Assembly (NCBI GenBank): GCA_039989895.1
Contig: JBDXGY010000002.1
Coordinates: forward strand, 117,922-181,921
Direction: 5' to 3'
Length of the DNA stretch: 64,000 nucleotides
From: Hyphomicrobiales bacterium
GTDB taxonomy: Bacteria > Pseudomonadota > Alphaproteobacteria > Rhizobiales > JACESI01
Of the stretch, positions 16,006 through 26,238 are shown piece by piece. The notes below the pieces were generated by a model. The model was not told the origin of the DNA, did no database searches, and saw nothing but the letters and a program-made list of their open reading frames with translations. How positions within the stretch are numbered: position 1 is the stretch's first letter; each line of letters begins with the position of its first letter. A program made the position numbers and the translations under genes.

Positions 16006-18798
16006 CTAGAAGTGAACTGATTTTGTATCAATAGGCTTTATAACCGGCGGTGCAAATTGGGTCAGGTTGATGCCATCGACGGCCGTTTTATATTCATCAA
16101 TTGTCGGCGTTCTTCCAAGAATTGCTGCCAGCACAACGACGGGCGTTGAAGCAAGGAGTGATTCACCTTTTTTCTCTTTAGAATCGGCAACCACTCGACC
16201 TTGAAACAGGCGCGTTGAAGTGGCGAGTACTGTGTCCCCTTTTTCAGCTTTTTCCTGATTGCCCATGCATAGGTTGCAGCCGGGTCTTTCAAGGTAAAGG
16301 GTGTTTTCATATTCAGTTCGGGCTTCTTGTTTTGGCGCATTATCGTCGAATTCAAAGCCGGAATATTTTTGCAGAACAGACCAGTCGCCTTCTTCTTTCA
16401 ACTCGTCAATAATATTGTAGGTTGGGGCAGTAAGAACCAAGGGTGCCTTAAAATCGACCTTGCCGTTTTCGTTTTCAATGTTGCGCAACATCTGGGCGAC
16501 AATTTTCATATCACCCTTATGCACCATGCACGACCCAACAAATCCTAAATCGATTTTTTTCTCGGCATTGTAGTAAGAAATAGGTCTGATCGTATCATGA
16601 GTATAACGCTTTGAAACATCGACATTATTGACGTCGGGGTCGGCGATCATTGGTTCGTTGATCAGGCCAAGATCAATGACAACTTCGGCGAAATATTTTG
16701 CGTTGTCATCTGGAGTGAGAGCGGGTTTTTCACCAGAACGGATTTCAGAAATACGCTTATCAGCGATCTCGATCAATCCATTGAGCATACGCACGTCGTT
16801 GTCCATGCCCTTATCGATCATCACTTGAATTCGCGATTTGGCGATCTCAAGCGATTGTATAAGTGTCTCGTCTTCTGAGATGCAGATGGAGGCTTTAGCC
16901 TTCATTTCTGCGGTCCAATCTGTGAAAGTGAATGCTTGGTCAGCCAATAGTGTGCCGATATGGACTTCTATGATGCGGCCTTGGAATACATTGTCACCGA
17001 ATTGATCCAGCATTTGCGCTTGGGTTGCGTGAACCACATCACGGAAATCCATGTGATCTGCCATTTCACCTTTAAACGTGACTTTGACGGATTCTGGGAT
17101 CGGCATGGTTGCTTCACCTGTGGCCAGTGCGAGCGCCACTGTGCCGGAGTCTGCACCAAAAGCGACGCCTTTTGACATTCTTGTATGGCTGTCACCACCA
17201 ATAATAACGGCCCAATCATCGACCGTAATATCGTTCAATACTTTGTGGATCACATCTGTCATAGAGTGATAGACATTTTTGGGGTCACGAGCCGTAATCA
17301 AGCCGAATTTATGCATGAAAGCCATAAGTCGTGGCGTATTGGCCTGTGCTTTCAAATCCCACACTGAGGCAGTGTGACAGCCGGACTGATAAGCCCCATC
17401 GACGGTTGGGGAAAGAACGGTTGCAGCCATAGCTTCAAGCTCTTGTGACGTCATCAAACCGGTTGTGTCTTGTGAGCCAACAATATTGACTTTGACCCGC
17501 GTGTCGGACCCTGCATGCAGGACCTTGCCGGGTGTTGCTCCCAGTGCATTTTTATTGAAAATTTTCTCAACAGCAGTGAGGCCTTGGCCTTCATGCGATA
17601 TCTCTTTGGATGGGGCGAAAGCAGATTTCAATTCAACATCTAAAATTTCGCAGGCAAGCGTCTGAAGCTTTTTACCGAAGACGATCGCATAGGACCCACC
17701 AGCCTTCATGAATTCTATTTTTTGTGGCGTGAAAGCATTGGATAGGTCTGCGTGCTCTTGTGAGCCATCTTCATTGTAGAGTTTCTTCTTTTTGGTGTTG
17801 ATTTTTAAAACTGTACCGGTTTCCACCGCGTACTTTTGCTCCAATACGGGATGACCATCATTGTTTAATATAGTCTTGCCATCAGCATCTACTTTCTTGA
17901 CCCAATTCTTCAAATCAAGACCAATGCCGCCGGTTACGCCGACAGTGGTTAAAAAGATCGGGGAAATACCATTTGTACCAGCCACAACGGGGGCAATGTT
18001 AACGAAAGGAACGTAGGGACTAGCTGGTTTGCCAGTCCAAAGCGCGACATTGTTCACGCCGGACATACGTGAAGAACCCACACCCATTGTGCCTTTTTCA
18101 GCAATCAGCATTACCCGTTTGTTTGGGTGTTGCAGTTTGAGCGCTTCAATTTCTTTTTGTGCTTTTTCCGACATCATGCACTGGCCGTGCAATTCTCGAT
18201 CTGAACGTGAGTGCGCCTGATGGCCCGGAGAAAGAAGGTCAGTGGAAATATCACCCTCAGCGGCGATATATGTGACCACTTCAATCTCTTCCTCAATGTC
18301 AGGAAGCTTGTTGAAAAACTCGGCATTTGAATAGCTTGTCAGAATGTCTTTTGCGATCTGGTTTCCTGATTCAAAAGCTTCTTTCAAGCGATCGGTATCT
18401 GCATCATAGAGAAATACTTGGGTTTTCAGAACGTCAGCCGCAGCGTTTGCAATTGTCGCGTCATCCCCTAGAGCGAGATCAAGCAAAACTTTAACCGATG
18501 GGCCGCCTTTCATATGGGACAAAAGTTCAAAAGCAAAAGTGGTGGATATTTCTTCTACTGGAAAATCACCAAGGATAATCTTTTTGAGAAGCTCAGCTTT
18601 GACACCAGCGGCACTGGTTGTACCGGGCAGGGTGTTATAGATCAGAAAATGAAGTGCATCTTTGCGATGCTCATGATCGCTATCTTTGATAATCCCGATC
18701 AGCTCGTAGACCAAGGCGCCATCGTCAATCGGTTTTGGGCTTAGCCCTTGCTTTTTACGGTCATCTATTTCGGTGAGGTAGTCGCTGTATAAACTCAT
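16006..18798 (-). CDS. acnB: Aconitate hydratase B (bifunctional aconitase 2 / 2-methylisocitrate dehydratase)
   Basis: 930-aa ORF. The AcnB-type N-terminal HEAT-like region (YLTEIDDRKKQGLSPKPID) precedes the swivel and catalytic domains (GSCMVHKGD, PGCNLCMGNQ). Confidence 0.9.
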   Translation of the reverse strand: MSLYSDYLTEIDDRKKQGLSPKPIDDGALVYELIGIIKDSDHEHRKDALHFLIYNTLPGTTSAAGVKAELLKKIILGDFPVEEISTTFAFELLSHMKGGPSVKVLLDLALGDDATIANAAADVLKTQVFLYDADTDRLKEAFESGNQIAKDILTSYSNAEFFNKLPDIEEEIEVVTYIAAEGDISTDLLSPGHQAHSRSDRELHGQCMMSEKAQKEIEALKLQHPNKRVMLIAEKGTMGVGSSRMSGVNNVALWTGKPASPYVPFVNIAPVVAGTNGISPIFLTTVGVTGGIGLDLKNWVKKVDADGKTILNNDGHPVLEQKYAVETGTVLKINTKKKKLYNEDGSQEHADLSNAFTPQKIEFMKAGGSYAIVFGKKLQTLACEILDVELKSAFAPSKEISHEGQGLTAVEKIFNKNALGATPGKVLHAGSDTRVKVNIVGSQDTTGLMTSQELEAMAATVLSPTVDGAYQSGCHTASVWDLKAQANTPRLMAFMHKFGLITARDPKNVYHSMTDVIHKVLNDITVDDWAVIIGGDSHTRMSKGVAFGADSGTVALALATGEATMPIPESVKVTFKGEMADHMDFRDVVHATQAQMLDQFGDNVFQGRIIEVHIGTLLADQAFTFTDWTAEMKAKASICISEDETLIQSLEIAKSRIQVMIDKGMDNDVRMLNGLIEIADKRISEIRSGEKPALTPDDNAKYFAEVVIDLGLINEPMIADPDVNNVDVSKRYTHDTIRPISYYNAEKKIDLGFVGSCMVHKGDMKIVAQMLRNIENENGKVDFKAPLVLTAPTYNIIDELKEEGDWSVLQKYSGFEFDDNAPKQEARTEYENTLYLERPGCNLCMGNQEKAEKGDTVLATSTRLFQGRVVADSKEKKGESLLASTPVVVLAAILGRTPTIDEYKTAVDGINLTQFAPPVIKPIDTKSVHF

Positions 18799-18920
18799 GA
18801 TTTTTCCATTGAGATATTATTGACAAGCCTTTGGGGCATCAAAACACGCTTAGATTGATAGTTCAAATCCGCTTTAGGATATCAATATTCTAACAATAAT
18901 TGTCTGGCAAGCGGGTTATG

Positions 18921-18962
18921 AGAAAAGAAAAAGGGCTCTAAGCTGAGCGCAGAGCCCTTTCT
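18921..18962 (-). terminator. Rho-independent terminator downstream of pfp
   Basis: The minus strand reads aagggctct gcgctcagctt agagccctt followed by ttttcttttc. Confidence 0.6.
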
Positions 18963-19029
18963 TGCAAACATTGGCGCTATGTTTAGCTGAGATTAGCAGG
19001 TTTTTAAAGGGCGCGCTTGGTGAGATGCT

Positions 19030-20256
19030 TTAATGTGCGGTTTTAACTTTGTTGAGCTTGGGCTGGCCAATGTCTGCGAGCAAATCATCGAACCATGCAA
19101 CATCAATCTCGAAGGGTTTGCCGCCTGCAATGCGCGCGAATTCAATTGCACGTAGTTCGTCATTTTGGTCTTCGTCTTCACCAATCACGCCACTAATGCC
19201 CGCCATGGCGCATTCCACAGCTTTTTCGCAGCACGCTTTGATGAGTTTCAAATCAACCTCATTGGACGGCGCTGCCCGTGAATAGTAGCCTGATTTTTGT
19301 GTGAGTACTTTCTCGGCGCCAAGCATATTGGCAAATTGCTTTCCAAACCAAGCACCAGGATTAACAACATCCAATTTGACATGTCCAAATGCGTCGCGTG
19401 GCACTTCTTCACCTGCGGCTTCCATTTCTTTGACAATCGTTTCTGTACCGGCCCCCTCAGAAATGAAGATGTTGACGTTGCCCACGTCGTCCATGACCTG
19501 TTTCAAGCGCGCAGCCTCGGCGGCAATGTCTATTTCCATCTCCGGTACGAAGACAGCATGCACTGATCGGCGTTCTTTGCTTAAGCCAATTTGGGGCAAA
19601 AAGTTTAGTTTCTTTAGGTCGTCTTGATAAACCTTTGCAGCATATGCCGTCAGCCAGCCACAATGGCGGCCCATCACTTCGTGTATGATCAACATGCGTG
19701 GGTTCGCGCCATGTTCGGCCACCACATTTGTGAAATATCGTGCCCCTTCTTCGGCGGCGGTCCACGCCCCTAAACTTTGTTTGATGGGAATGACGTCATT
19801 ATCGATGGTTTTTGGCAGCCCAACCACATGAAGGGCATAATCATTTTTTGCCAAATAATCAGCAAGACTGGCAGCGGCCATGTTCGTGTCGTCGCCGCCT
19901 ATTGTGTGTAGTACCTCAACGCCGTCTTTGACGAGTTGCTTGGCCGCGACTTCCAGTGGGTTCTCTCCTGCTTTGACCAGTCCTCGTTCCTCACAGTCTT
20001 TAACATTGGTGAGTTTTACCCGACTGTTCCCTATGGGGCTTCCGCCATGTTCGAAAAGGACTTTAGCATTTGCCCGAATCTCGGCAGATACCGCAACGCT
20101 GTCTCCCAAGAGCAAGCCTTTATAGCCATCGAAATAGCAGATTATTTCCGTTTGTGGAGAAACCTCGGTGTATCGTTGGATCAGATGCCCGATTGAAGAT
20201 GAAAGACATGGCGCTAATCCGCCGGCTGTGAGAAGTGCAACTTTTTGTATGGTCAT
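19030..20256 (-). CDS. pfp: Pyrophosphate-dependent 6-phosphofructokinase
   Basis: 408-aa ORF with VALLTAGGLAPCLSS, TIGGDDT, PKTIDND and EVMGRHCGW motifs of the PFK family. The ~400-aa PPi-type length is consistent. Confidence 0.8.
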   Translation of the reverse strand: MTIQKVALLTAGGLAPCLSSSIGHLIQRYTEVSPQTEIICYFDGYKGLLLGDSVAVSAEIRANAKVLFEHGGSPIGNSRVKLTNVKDCEERGLVKAGENPLEVAAKQLVKDGVEVLHTIGGDDTNMAAASLADYLAKNDYALHVVGLPKTIDNDVIPIKQSLGAWTAAEEGARYFTNVVAEHGANPRMLIIHEVMGRHCGWLTAYAAKVYQDDLKKLNFLPQIGLSKERRSVHAVFVPEMEIDIAAEAARLKQVMDDVGNVNIFISEGAGTETIVKEMEAAGEEVPRDAFGHVKLDVVNPGAWFGKQFANMLGAEKVLTQKSGYYSRAAPSNEVDLKLIKACCEKAVECAMAGISGVIGEDEDQNDELRAIEFARIAGGKPFEIDVAWFDDLLADIGQPKLNKVKTAH

Positions 20257-20386
20257 TAGGTCACCTGATTATAGATTATAGTAGAGCAATCAATGGCTCA
20301 TTCAGCCTTTGTAGCTTTTTCATGCGCAATGATGAACCATGCACTTCTAAATAATTCATAGTATGTGGAAATGTCTGCGGTTTTAC

Positions 20387-20953
20387 CTATTCAAGGTGAG
20401 CAAGGAGCGCATCATTGACGGCTTCGACGACTTTTTCATGCGTTTCATTGCGTGATTCAACGGTTAAATCTGCCTTGGCGTAAAAGGGTTCGCGTTCTGC
20501 AAGCAGGGTGCGCATTGTTGCTTCTGGGTCGTCGGTTTTTAAAAGAGGGCGGTTATCTTTGCGGCTTACGCGTTCCATTAATGTATCAAAGTCGGCTTTC
20601 AACCAAATCGAGGTCGCTTTTTCTTTAATAAGTGTACGGGTTTCATCATTCATGAAAGCCCCGCCGCCGGTTGATAATACCGTAGAGCCTTCACTCATTA
20701 AACGTGCAATGACTTTGCGTTCGCCCTCACGGAAATAAACTTCGCCGTAAGATTCAAAAATATCAGCAACAGACATGCCTGCGGCTTCTTCAATAGCTGA
20801 ATCAGCATCAATAAAGGGTAATTCTAGATTGGATGCCAAGCGCTTGCCGATCGCTGACTTGCCAGAACCCATCATACCGACAAACACAATGTTACGCCCA
20901 TTAAGCGCGCTGCGCACACGATAAGCGTCATTTGGATCAATACACTTTTTCAT
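20387..20953 (-). CDS. aroK: Shikimate kinase
   Basis: 188-aa ORF: GMMGSGKSAIGKRLA Walker A, DADSAIE, STGGGAF. Confidence 0.9.
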   Translation of the reverse strand: MKKCIDPNDAYRVRSALNGRNIVFVGMMGSGKSAIGKRLASNLELPFIDADSAIEEAAGMSVADIFESYGEVYFREGERKVIARLMSEGSTVLSTGGGAFMNDETRTLIKEKATSIWLKADFDTLMERVSRKDNRPLLKTDDPEATMRTLLAEREPFYAKADLTVESRNETHEKVVEAVNDALLAHLE

Positions 20954-21192
20954 CGATATTTCTTGTTTCGCCCCCTGATTTCAGTCGCGACCCTAGAATA
21001 GGCGCCGCATGAGAGCAAGGCCCAACGAGAAGAGAGCGCAAACACAGAACAACATTGTTTTTTCTATCTATGGAATTTATAATATAGTGCAGACATGTTC
21101 TTGTATTTGTAATAAATATAGGATCGTGCAATGAAGTGCGCGATTGAGTGCCATTTGGCTTTGAATTCAATTTCAACCATGATCAAGAGATT

Positions 21193-21336
21193 ATGCCTAG
21201 TCTTTTTAAGTTCCTTTTTACTATTCTTTTGCTGGCTGGGATTGGCTATGCCAGCATGATTGCTCTTGCTTATTTGGTTGAGCCGAATGAACGAAATATG
21301 ACAATTTCTGTTCCTGCTAAACGGATTAATCCGTGA
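21193..21336 (+). CDS. Small hydrophobic protein upstream of xerD
   Basis: 47-aa ORF (MPSLFKFLFTILLLAGIGYASMIALAYLV...). Its stop overlaps the xerD GTG start (GTGA), which suggests coupling. Weak support otherwise. Confidence 0.4.
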   Translation: MPSLFKFLFTILLLAGIGYASMIALAYLVEPNERNMTISVPAKRINP

Positions 21337-22265
21337 CGGACAGCAGCCGAGTGGAATTATTCCTCGAAATGCTCAGCGCTGAACGAGGTGCTGCACAAAA
21401 TACTCTTGAAAGTTATGCTCGCGATTTAAGCTCCTATAGCGGCTTTTTAAAAGCGAGACGCACGATCATGGATAAAGCAGGAAGCGAGGATATTCGCGCT
21501 TATCTTGCTTCTTGTTCTGATGAAGGGTTAGCGGCTTCTTCGGTTGCGCGGCGGTTGTCTGCGATTAGACAATTGCATAAATTTCTTTTCGCAGAAGGAT
21601 TGCGAAAAGATGATCCGACCGGACCAATAGATGCCCCTAAACAAGGGCGCCCTCTGCCTAAAATTTTATCGGAAGAAGAGGTGACAGCGCTTATTGAGGG
21701 TGCACAATCTCTTGCTGCACAATCAAAGGGCAGTGACGCAGAAAAATTGCGCCAAGCGCGGCTTTATACAATGTTAGAGGTGATTTATGCGACTGGGTTG
21801 CGGGTGAGTGAACTCGTTAGCCTACCAGCGCGTGCGGTTGGGCGAGAGCATCGGTTTTTATCTGTTGTTGGCAAAGGCTCAAAAGAGCGCATGGTACCTC
21901 TAACCGATAGTGCGCGTGATGCAATGGGGCATTATTTGGAGCGCGTACAGATGTATCGTAAAGCGCCGTCAAAATGGCTGTTTCCATCATCTGGTAAAAG
22001 TGGCCATTTCACCCGTCAGGCTTTTGGTCGTGACTTGAAAGATCTTGCAATCGGCATTGGCATTGAGCCATCGAAAGTATCGCCTCATGTGATGCGTCAT
22101 GCCTTTGCAAGCCACCTTTTGCATCACGGAGCAGATTTGCGAGCGGTTCAGCAGCTGCTAGGCCACGCTGATATTTCAACAACGCAAATTTATACGCATG
22201 TTCTTGATGAGCGCCTGCGGGCTTTGGTTGAGGGCCATCACCCCTTGAGTGATTCATCCCTTTAG
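21333..22265 (+). CDS. xerD: Site-specific tyrosine recombinase XerD
   Basis: 310-aa ORF. N-terminal SAM-like domain (FLEMLSAERGAAQNTLESYARDL). Catalytic RVSELVSL, HVMRHAFASHLL and LGHADISTTQIYTHV. Confidence 0.9.
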   Translation: MTDSSRVELFLEMLSAERGAAQNTLESYARDLSSYSGFLKARRTIMDKAGSEDIRAYLASCSDEGLAASSVARRLSAIRQLHKFLFAEGLRKDDPTGPIDAPKQGRPLPKILSEEEVTALIEGAQSLAAQSKGSDAEKLRQARLYTMLEVIYATGLRVSELVSLPARAVGREHRFLSVVGKGSKERMVPLTDSARDAMGHYLERVQMYRKAPSKWLFPSSGKSGHFTRQAFGRDLKDLAIGIGIEPSKVSPHVMRHAFASHLLHHGADLRAVQQLLGHADISTTQIYTHVLDERLRALVEGHHPLSDSSL

Positions 22266-22837
22266 AGGCTGGCTATTGTTGTGTCGCGCACCACCGTTAA
22301 TTGCGCTGGCGTGGTGCCCGCTTTCGCCATCACACGCATGCCAAGATAAATCGAGAGAATATATTCAGCTATCCCGTCTCGCTTTTGCTCTTCGACGTTG
22401 TGTTCCAGTACGACAGATAAGGCCGACTTAACTTTGCCCAATGCCTCCATTACCGTTGCTTCGACTTCTTTGTCATAGGGCGCGAGATCAACGGCAGCAT
22501 TGCACAGAAAACACCCGCGACGGTCTTGTCGTTTTTGAACGGCATCAATGGCGACATTGAAAAAATCCATCAAACATGCACGCCATTGTGACGGGTCATT
22601 TTCGTATTTTTGTAAGATTAGGGCGCCAAGCGCCTCAACTTCGCGCATGATATAATTTTCAAGCGCCTTTATGTAGAGAGATTTTTTATTGCCGAAAGCG
22701 GCATAAATACTGCCTTTGCCAAGCCCTGTGGCTTTGGTCAAATCGGCATAAGAAGTTCCATCATACCCTTTTTCCCAGAAAATACCCTCAACAGCGCTTA
22801 CAGCAGCCAATGCATCAAATTCTCTCGTCCTTGCCAT
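22262..22837 (-). CDS. TetR family transcriptional regulator
   Basis: 191-aa ORF with an N-terminal HTH (FWEKGYDGTSYADLTKATGLGKGSIYAAFGNKKSLY). Confidence 0.85.
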   Translation of the reverse strand: MARTREFDALAAVSAVEGIFWEKGYDGTSYADLTKATGLGKGSIYAAFGNKKSLYIKALENYIMREVEALGALILQKYENDPSQWRACLMDFFNVAIDAVQKRQDRRGCFLCNAAVDLAPYDKEVEATVMEALGKVKSALSVVLEHNVEEQKRDGIAEYILSIYLGMRVMAKAGTTPAQLTVVRDTTIASL

Positions 22838-22981
22838 CGCTGTTTCCTCTTCACATTTATGTGATTATATAATTCTTGACCAAACGTTCCATTATTGCTC
22901 TACATGACCTGTTCTTGACCTATTGTTCAAGAATATACAATTCACATTTACGCTATCAAAAATAGCGAGTAGGAGAAAATT

Positions 22982-23395
22982 ATGTTTAAGAAACTTATCG
23001 TAGCAATCGCTTTGATCATTGGTGTCAGCGCAGTTTCAATTGGTGCATCCACCGAACCTGCCCTCGCAAAAAAGGCAACGTCAGCGGAACAGTCCGGCAC
23101 ATTTGAAGGCCGCAGCGATCATATAACAACGGGTGGCGTTTCTGTTGTGAAGCTGAATACTGGTTATGTTGTAATCTTAGAAAAAGACTTTAGTCTTGAT
23201 GGTGCACCAGCACCAACAATAGGCTTTGGTAAAGATGGCGCCTATGACAAGGCAGCAGAATTTTCTAAATTGGCATCAAAAGATGGTCTACAAGTCTATG
23301 CTGTGCCTGCAAACATTAATCCGGCCGACTTCAACGAATTTTATATTTGGTGCTCACAATTCGACGTCCCACTTGGCGTTGCAGCTCTTAAATAA
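22982..23395 (+). CDS. Secreted DM13-domain protein
   Basis: 137-aa ORF with a signal peptide. GTFEGRSDHITTGGVSVVKLNTGYVVILEKDFSLDGAPAP is DM13-like. Confidence 0.65.
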   Translation: MFKKLIVAIALIIGVSAVSIGASTEPALAKKATSAEQSGTFEGRSDHITTGGVSVVKLNTGYVVILEKDFSLDGAPAPTIGFGKDGAYDKAAEFSKLASKDGLQVYAVPANINPADFNEFYIWCSQFDVPLGVAALK

Positions 23396-23459
23396 AATAT
23401 AACTTTGATGGCAGGGCATTTCCTGCCATCAATCCATCATATTCAAAAGGATACTAAAA

Positions 23460-23858
23460 ATGACCACAGAAATTTATTGGCTTATTCTGACGACATTAAT
23501 GACAGCGATTTTCTGGCTTCCTTATGTTTTGAACCGTATCGTTGTGCGCGGTTTATTACGAGCAATGGGCAATCCATTAGCGACAGATAAGCCGCATTCG
23601 CCTTGGGCTGAAAGAGCCTTGGCTGCTCACACAAATGCTGTTGAAAATTTGGTTATATTTGCAGCCCTTATACTGGCAGGACATGCTGTCGGTGTTTCAA
23701 ATGCTGTGACAGAGGGTGCTGCAGTGATTTATTTCTTAGCGCGTCTTGCTCATTTTGTGGTCTATGTTTTTGGTATTCCTGGTGCACGCACACTCACATT
23801 TGCTGTAAGCTGGATGTGTCAGATAGCTATTGGCCTTTCTATTTTAGGCTTGCTTTAA
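23460..23858 (+). CDS. MAPEG family membrane protein
   Basis: 132-aa ORF with four hydrophobic segments and an AHTNAVENLVIFAAL motif. Confidence 0.7.
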   Translation: MTTEIYWLILTTLMTAIFWLPYVLNRIVVRGLLRAMGNPLATDKPHSPWAERALAAHTNAVENLVIFAALILAGHAVGVSNAVTEGAAVIYFLARLAHFVVYVFGIPGARTLTFAVSWMCQIAIGLSILGLL

Positions 23859-23880
23859 GCACATTAAAAACCCTTAGAAC

Positions 23881-23911
23881 AAAGAGGTGTGAGGATTACT
23901 CGCACCTCTTT
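23881..23911 (+). terminator. Stem-loop downstream of the MAPEG gene
   Basis: aaagaggtg tgaggattactcg cacctcttt: a 9-bp stem. Confidence 0.5.
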
Positions 23912-24031
23912 GCATATGGATTATGATTTTTATTTACATTCTGTATTTTCTTGACACAAAGTCTTGCTACTGAAATGACACAGCACATTACAGCGCTTGA
24001 ACGAAAAGCGTCTTTTGTTTAAGAGAATGCA

Positions 24032-24985
24032 ATGATGAAATATCTCGAATTTGAAAAACCTGTCGCAGACCTTGCTGGTAAAGTACAAGAACTGCTTGCC
24101 CTTGGTGATGATGGCGATGCTGTTGGCATCAAAGATGAGATCGCAAGACTTGAAGCAAAAGCAGATCAGGCGCTCGCTGATATCTATGGAAAGCTTACAC
24201 CGTGGCAAAAGACTCTAGTCGCGCGGCACCCTGATAGGCCACATTTCTCTCATTATGCAGCTGGCTTAATCGAAGATTTTATGCCTCTTTCTGGCGACAG
24301 GAAATTCGGTGATGATGAAGCTATTATTGCAGGGATTGGCCGTTTCCGTGGCCAGTCTGTAGCTGTTATGGGCCATGAGCGTGGCCACGATACAGAAACC
24401 CGTATTCGCCATAACTTTGGCTCCGCCCGTCCTGAAGGCTACCGCAAGGCAGTTCGGATTATGGAAATGGCTGACCGGTTTTCTTTACCTGTTATCTCTC
24501 TCGTTGATACGGCGGGTGCTTACCCTGGTGTGGGCGCAGAGGAACGTGGCCAAGCAGAAGCGATTGCTCGCTCAACAGATGCTTGCCTTTCACTTGGTGT
24601 TCCCAATATAGCCGTGATCGTTGGAGAAGGTGGATCTGGTGGTGCGATTGCTATTGCCACATGCAACTGCGTTATGATGCTTGAAAATTCCATTTATAGT
24701 GTGATTTCCCCAGAAGGAGCGGCTTCTATTTTATGGCGCGATTCTGCACGCGCAAAAGATGCCGCAAGCACAATGAAAATCACGTCGGAGGATCTTTCCT
24801 CTCTTGGTGTTATTGATTCCGTCATTTCTGAACCAATTGGGGGCGCCCACCGCGAGCCAACCCAGACGATCCATCAAGTTGGTAATGCGATTGAGGCGTC
24901 TTTAAAAGAACTCTCAGGTCTTTCCCCTGATGAGCTGCGTCAGCATCGTCGTGATCGGTTCCTTGATATAGGTAAAAACCTCTAA
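24032..24985 (+). CDS. accA: Acetyl-CoA carboxylase carboxyltransferase subunit alpha
   Basis: 317-aa ORF: LEFEKPVADL, ARHPDRPH, TAGAYPGVGAEERGQAEAIA. Confidence 0.95.
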   Translation: MMKYLEFEKPVADLAGKVQELLALGDDGDAVGIKDEIARLEAKADQALADIYGKLTPWQKTLVARHPDRPHFSHYAAGLIEDFMPLSGDRKFGDDEAIIAGIGRFRGQSVAVMGHERGHDTETRIRHNFGSARPEGYRKAVRIMEMADRFSLPVISLVDTAGAYPGVGAEERGQAEAIARSTDACLSLGVPNIAVIVGEGGSGGAIAIATCNCVMMLENSIYSVISPEGAASILWRDSARAKDAASTMKITSEDLSSLGVIDSVISEPIGGAHREPTQTIHQVGNAIEASLKELSGLSPDELRQHRRDRFLDIGKNL

Positions 24986-25050
24986 CGATTTCAGTTTCAA
25001 AATGGCTGTCGCTTGGATAGGCTGCATCCCACAAGTTGGGGAGCAGTTGA

Positions 25051-26214
25051 ATGTTTGAAAATAGCCAAGACGAACATCATGAAATTCGCATGCAAGTTGC
25101 AAAACTTTGCCAAAAATTTTCAGGTGATTACTGGAGGAAACTGGACAGTGAACGCGCTTATCCGCAGGAATTTGTACAGGCCCTGACCAGTGCTGGTTAC
25201 TTGTCGGCTTTAATACCTGAAGAATATGGCGGTGCTGGACTTCCCTTAAGTGGGGCTGCGGCAATTTTGGAAGAAATTCAGCTGCAAGGCGCTAATGGTG
25301 CAGCATGCCATGCTCAAATGTACATCATGGGCGCTCTGCTTCGTCATGGCAGTAAGGAACAAAAGCAACGGTATCTTCCAGATATTGCTAGCGGCAAAAA
25401 GCGCTTGCAGGCCTTTGGTGTCACTGAGCCAACAAGCGGCACTGATACTACGTCGATCAAAACTTTTGCGCGTAGAGAGGGTGATAATTATATCATCAGT
25501 GGTCAGAAAATATGGACCAGCCGCGCGGAATATTCTGACCTGATGTTGCTGCTTGCCCGCACCACGGCGAAAGACCAGACAGTGAAACGCTCTGATGGGC
25601 TTTCAGTCTTTATAGTCGATATGAATGAAGCCAAAAATAACGGGATGACCATTCGCCCTATCCGTACAATGATGAATCACGCCACCACCGAAGTTTTCTT
25701 TGATGAGGTGAAAGTACCGGTTGAAAATCTTGTCGGTGTCGAGGGCAAAGGTTTTAGGTATATTTTATCTGGTATGAACGCTGAACGAATTTTAATCGCG
25801 GCGGAATGCGTCGGAGATGCAAAGTGGTTTATTGAAAAAGCGACGGATTATGCAAATGAACGCAAGGTTTTTGATCGCCCTATCGGACAGAATCAAGGCA
25901 TCCAGTTTCCTATTGCAAAAGCTTATGCGGCGCTGCGGGCAGCAGAATTAATGGTTCATAAGGCCGCCAAATTGTTTGAAGCTGGTGAGGATTGCGGTGA
26001 AGAATCCAATATAGCAAAAATGCTGGCAGCAGATGCTGCCTGGGAGGCGGCGAATGTGTGCGTACAAACCCATGGCGGCTTTGGGTTTGCTGAAGAATAT
26101 GATATCGAGCGAAAATTTCGAGAAACGCGGCTTTATCAAGTAGCTCCTATTTCAACAAATTTGATTTTATCCTATCTGTCGGAACATGTTTTGGGCCTGC
26201 CAAGATCATATTAG
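25051..26214 (+). CDS. Acyl-CoA dehydrogenase family protein
   Basis: 387-aa ORF: GVTEPTSGTDT, QKIWTSRA, and a C-terminal GGFGFAEEYDIERKFRETRLYQVAP. Confidence 0.9.
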   Translation: MFENSQDEHHEIRMQVAKLCQKFSGDYWRKLDSERAYPQEFVQALTSAGYLSALIPEEYGGAGLPLSGAAAILEEIQLQGANGAACHAQMYIMGALLRHGSKEQKQRYLPDIASGKKRLQAFGVTEPTSGTDTTSIKTFARREGDNYIISGQKIWTSRAEYSDLMLLLARTTAKDQTVKRSDGLSVFIVDMNEAKNNGMTIRPIRTMMNHATTEVFFDEVKVPVENLVGVEGKGFRYILSGMNAERILIAAECVGDAKWFIEKATDYANERKVFDRPIGQNQGIQFPIAKAYAALRAAELMVHKAAKLFEAGEDCGEESNIAKMLAADAAWEAANVCVQTHGGFGFAEEYDIERKFRETRLYQVAPISTNLILSYLSEHVLGLPRSY

Positions 26215-26238
26215 GTCAAGGCTGAGAGGGAGCTGAAA

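Noticed and set aside
18799-18920. TTAGAA...CTAAA-like sequence upstream of acnB, considered as an iron-responsive (Irr/ICE-like) box.
   Set aside because: Spacing and symmetry do not match the ICE consensus as I remember it. Too speculative.
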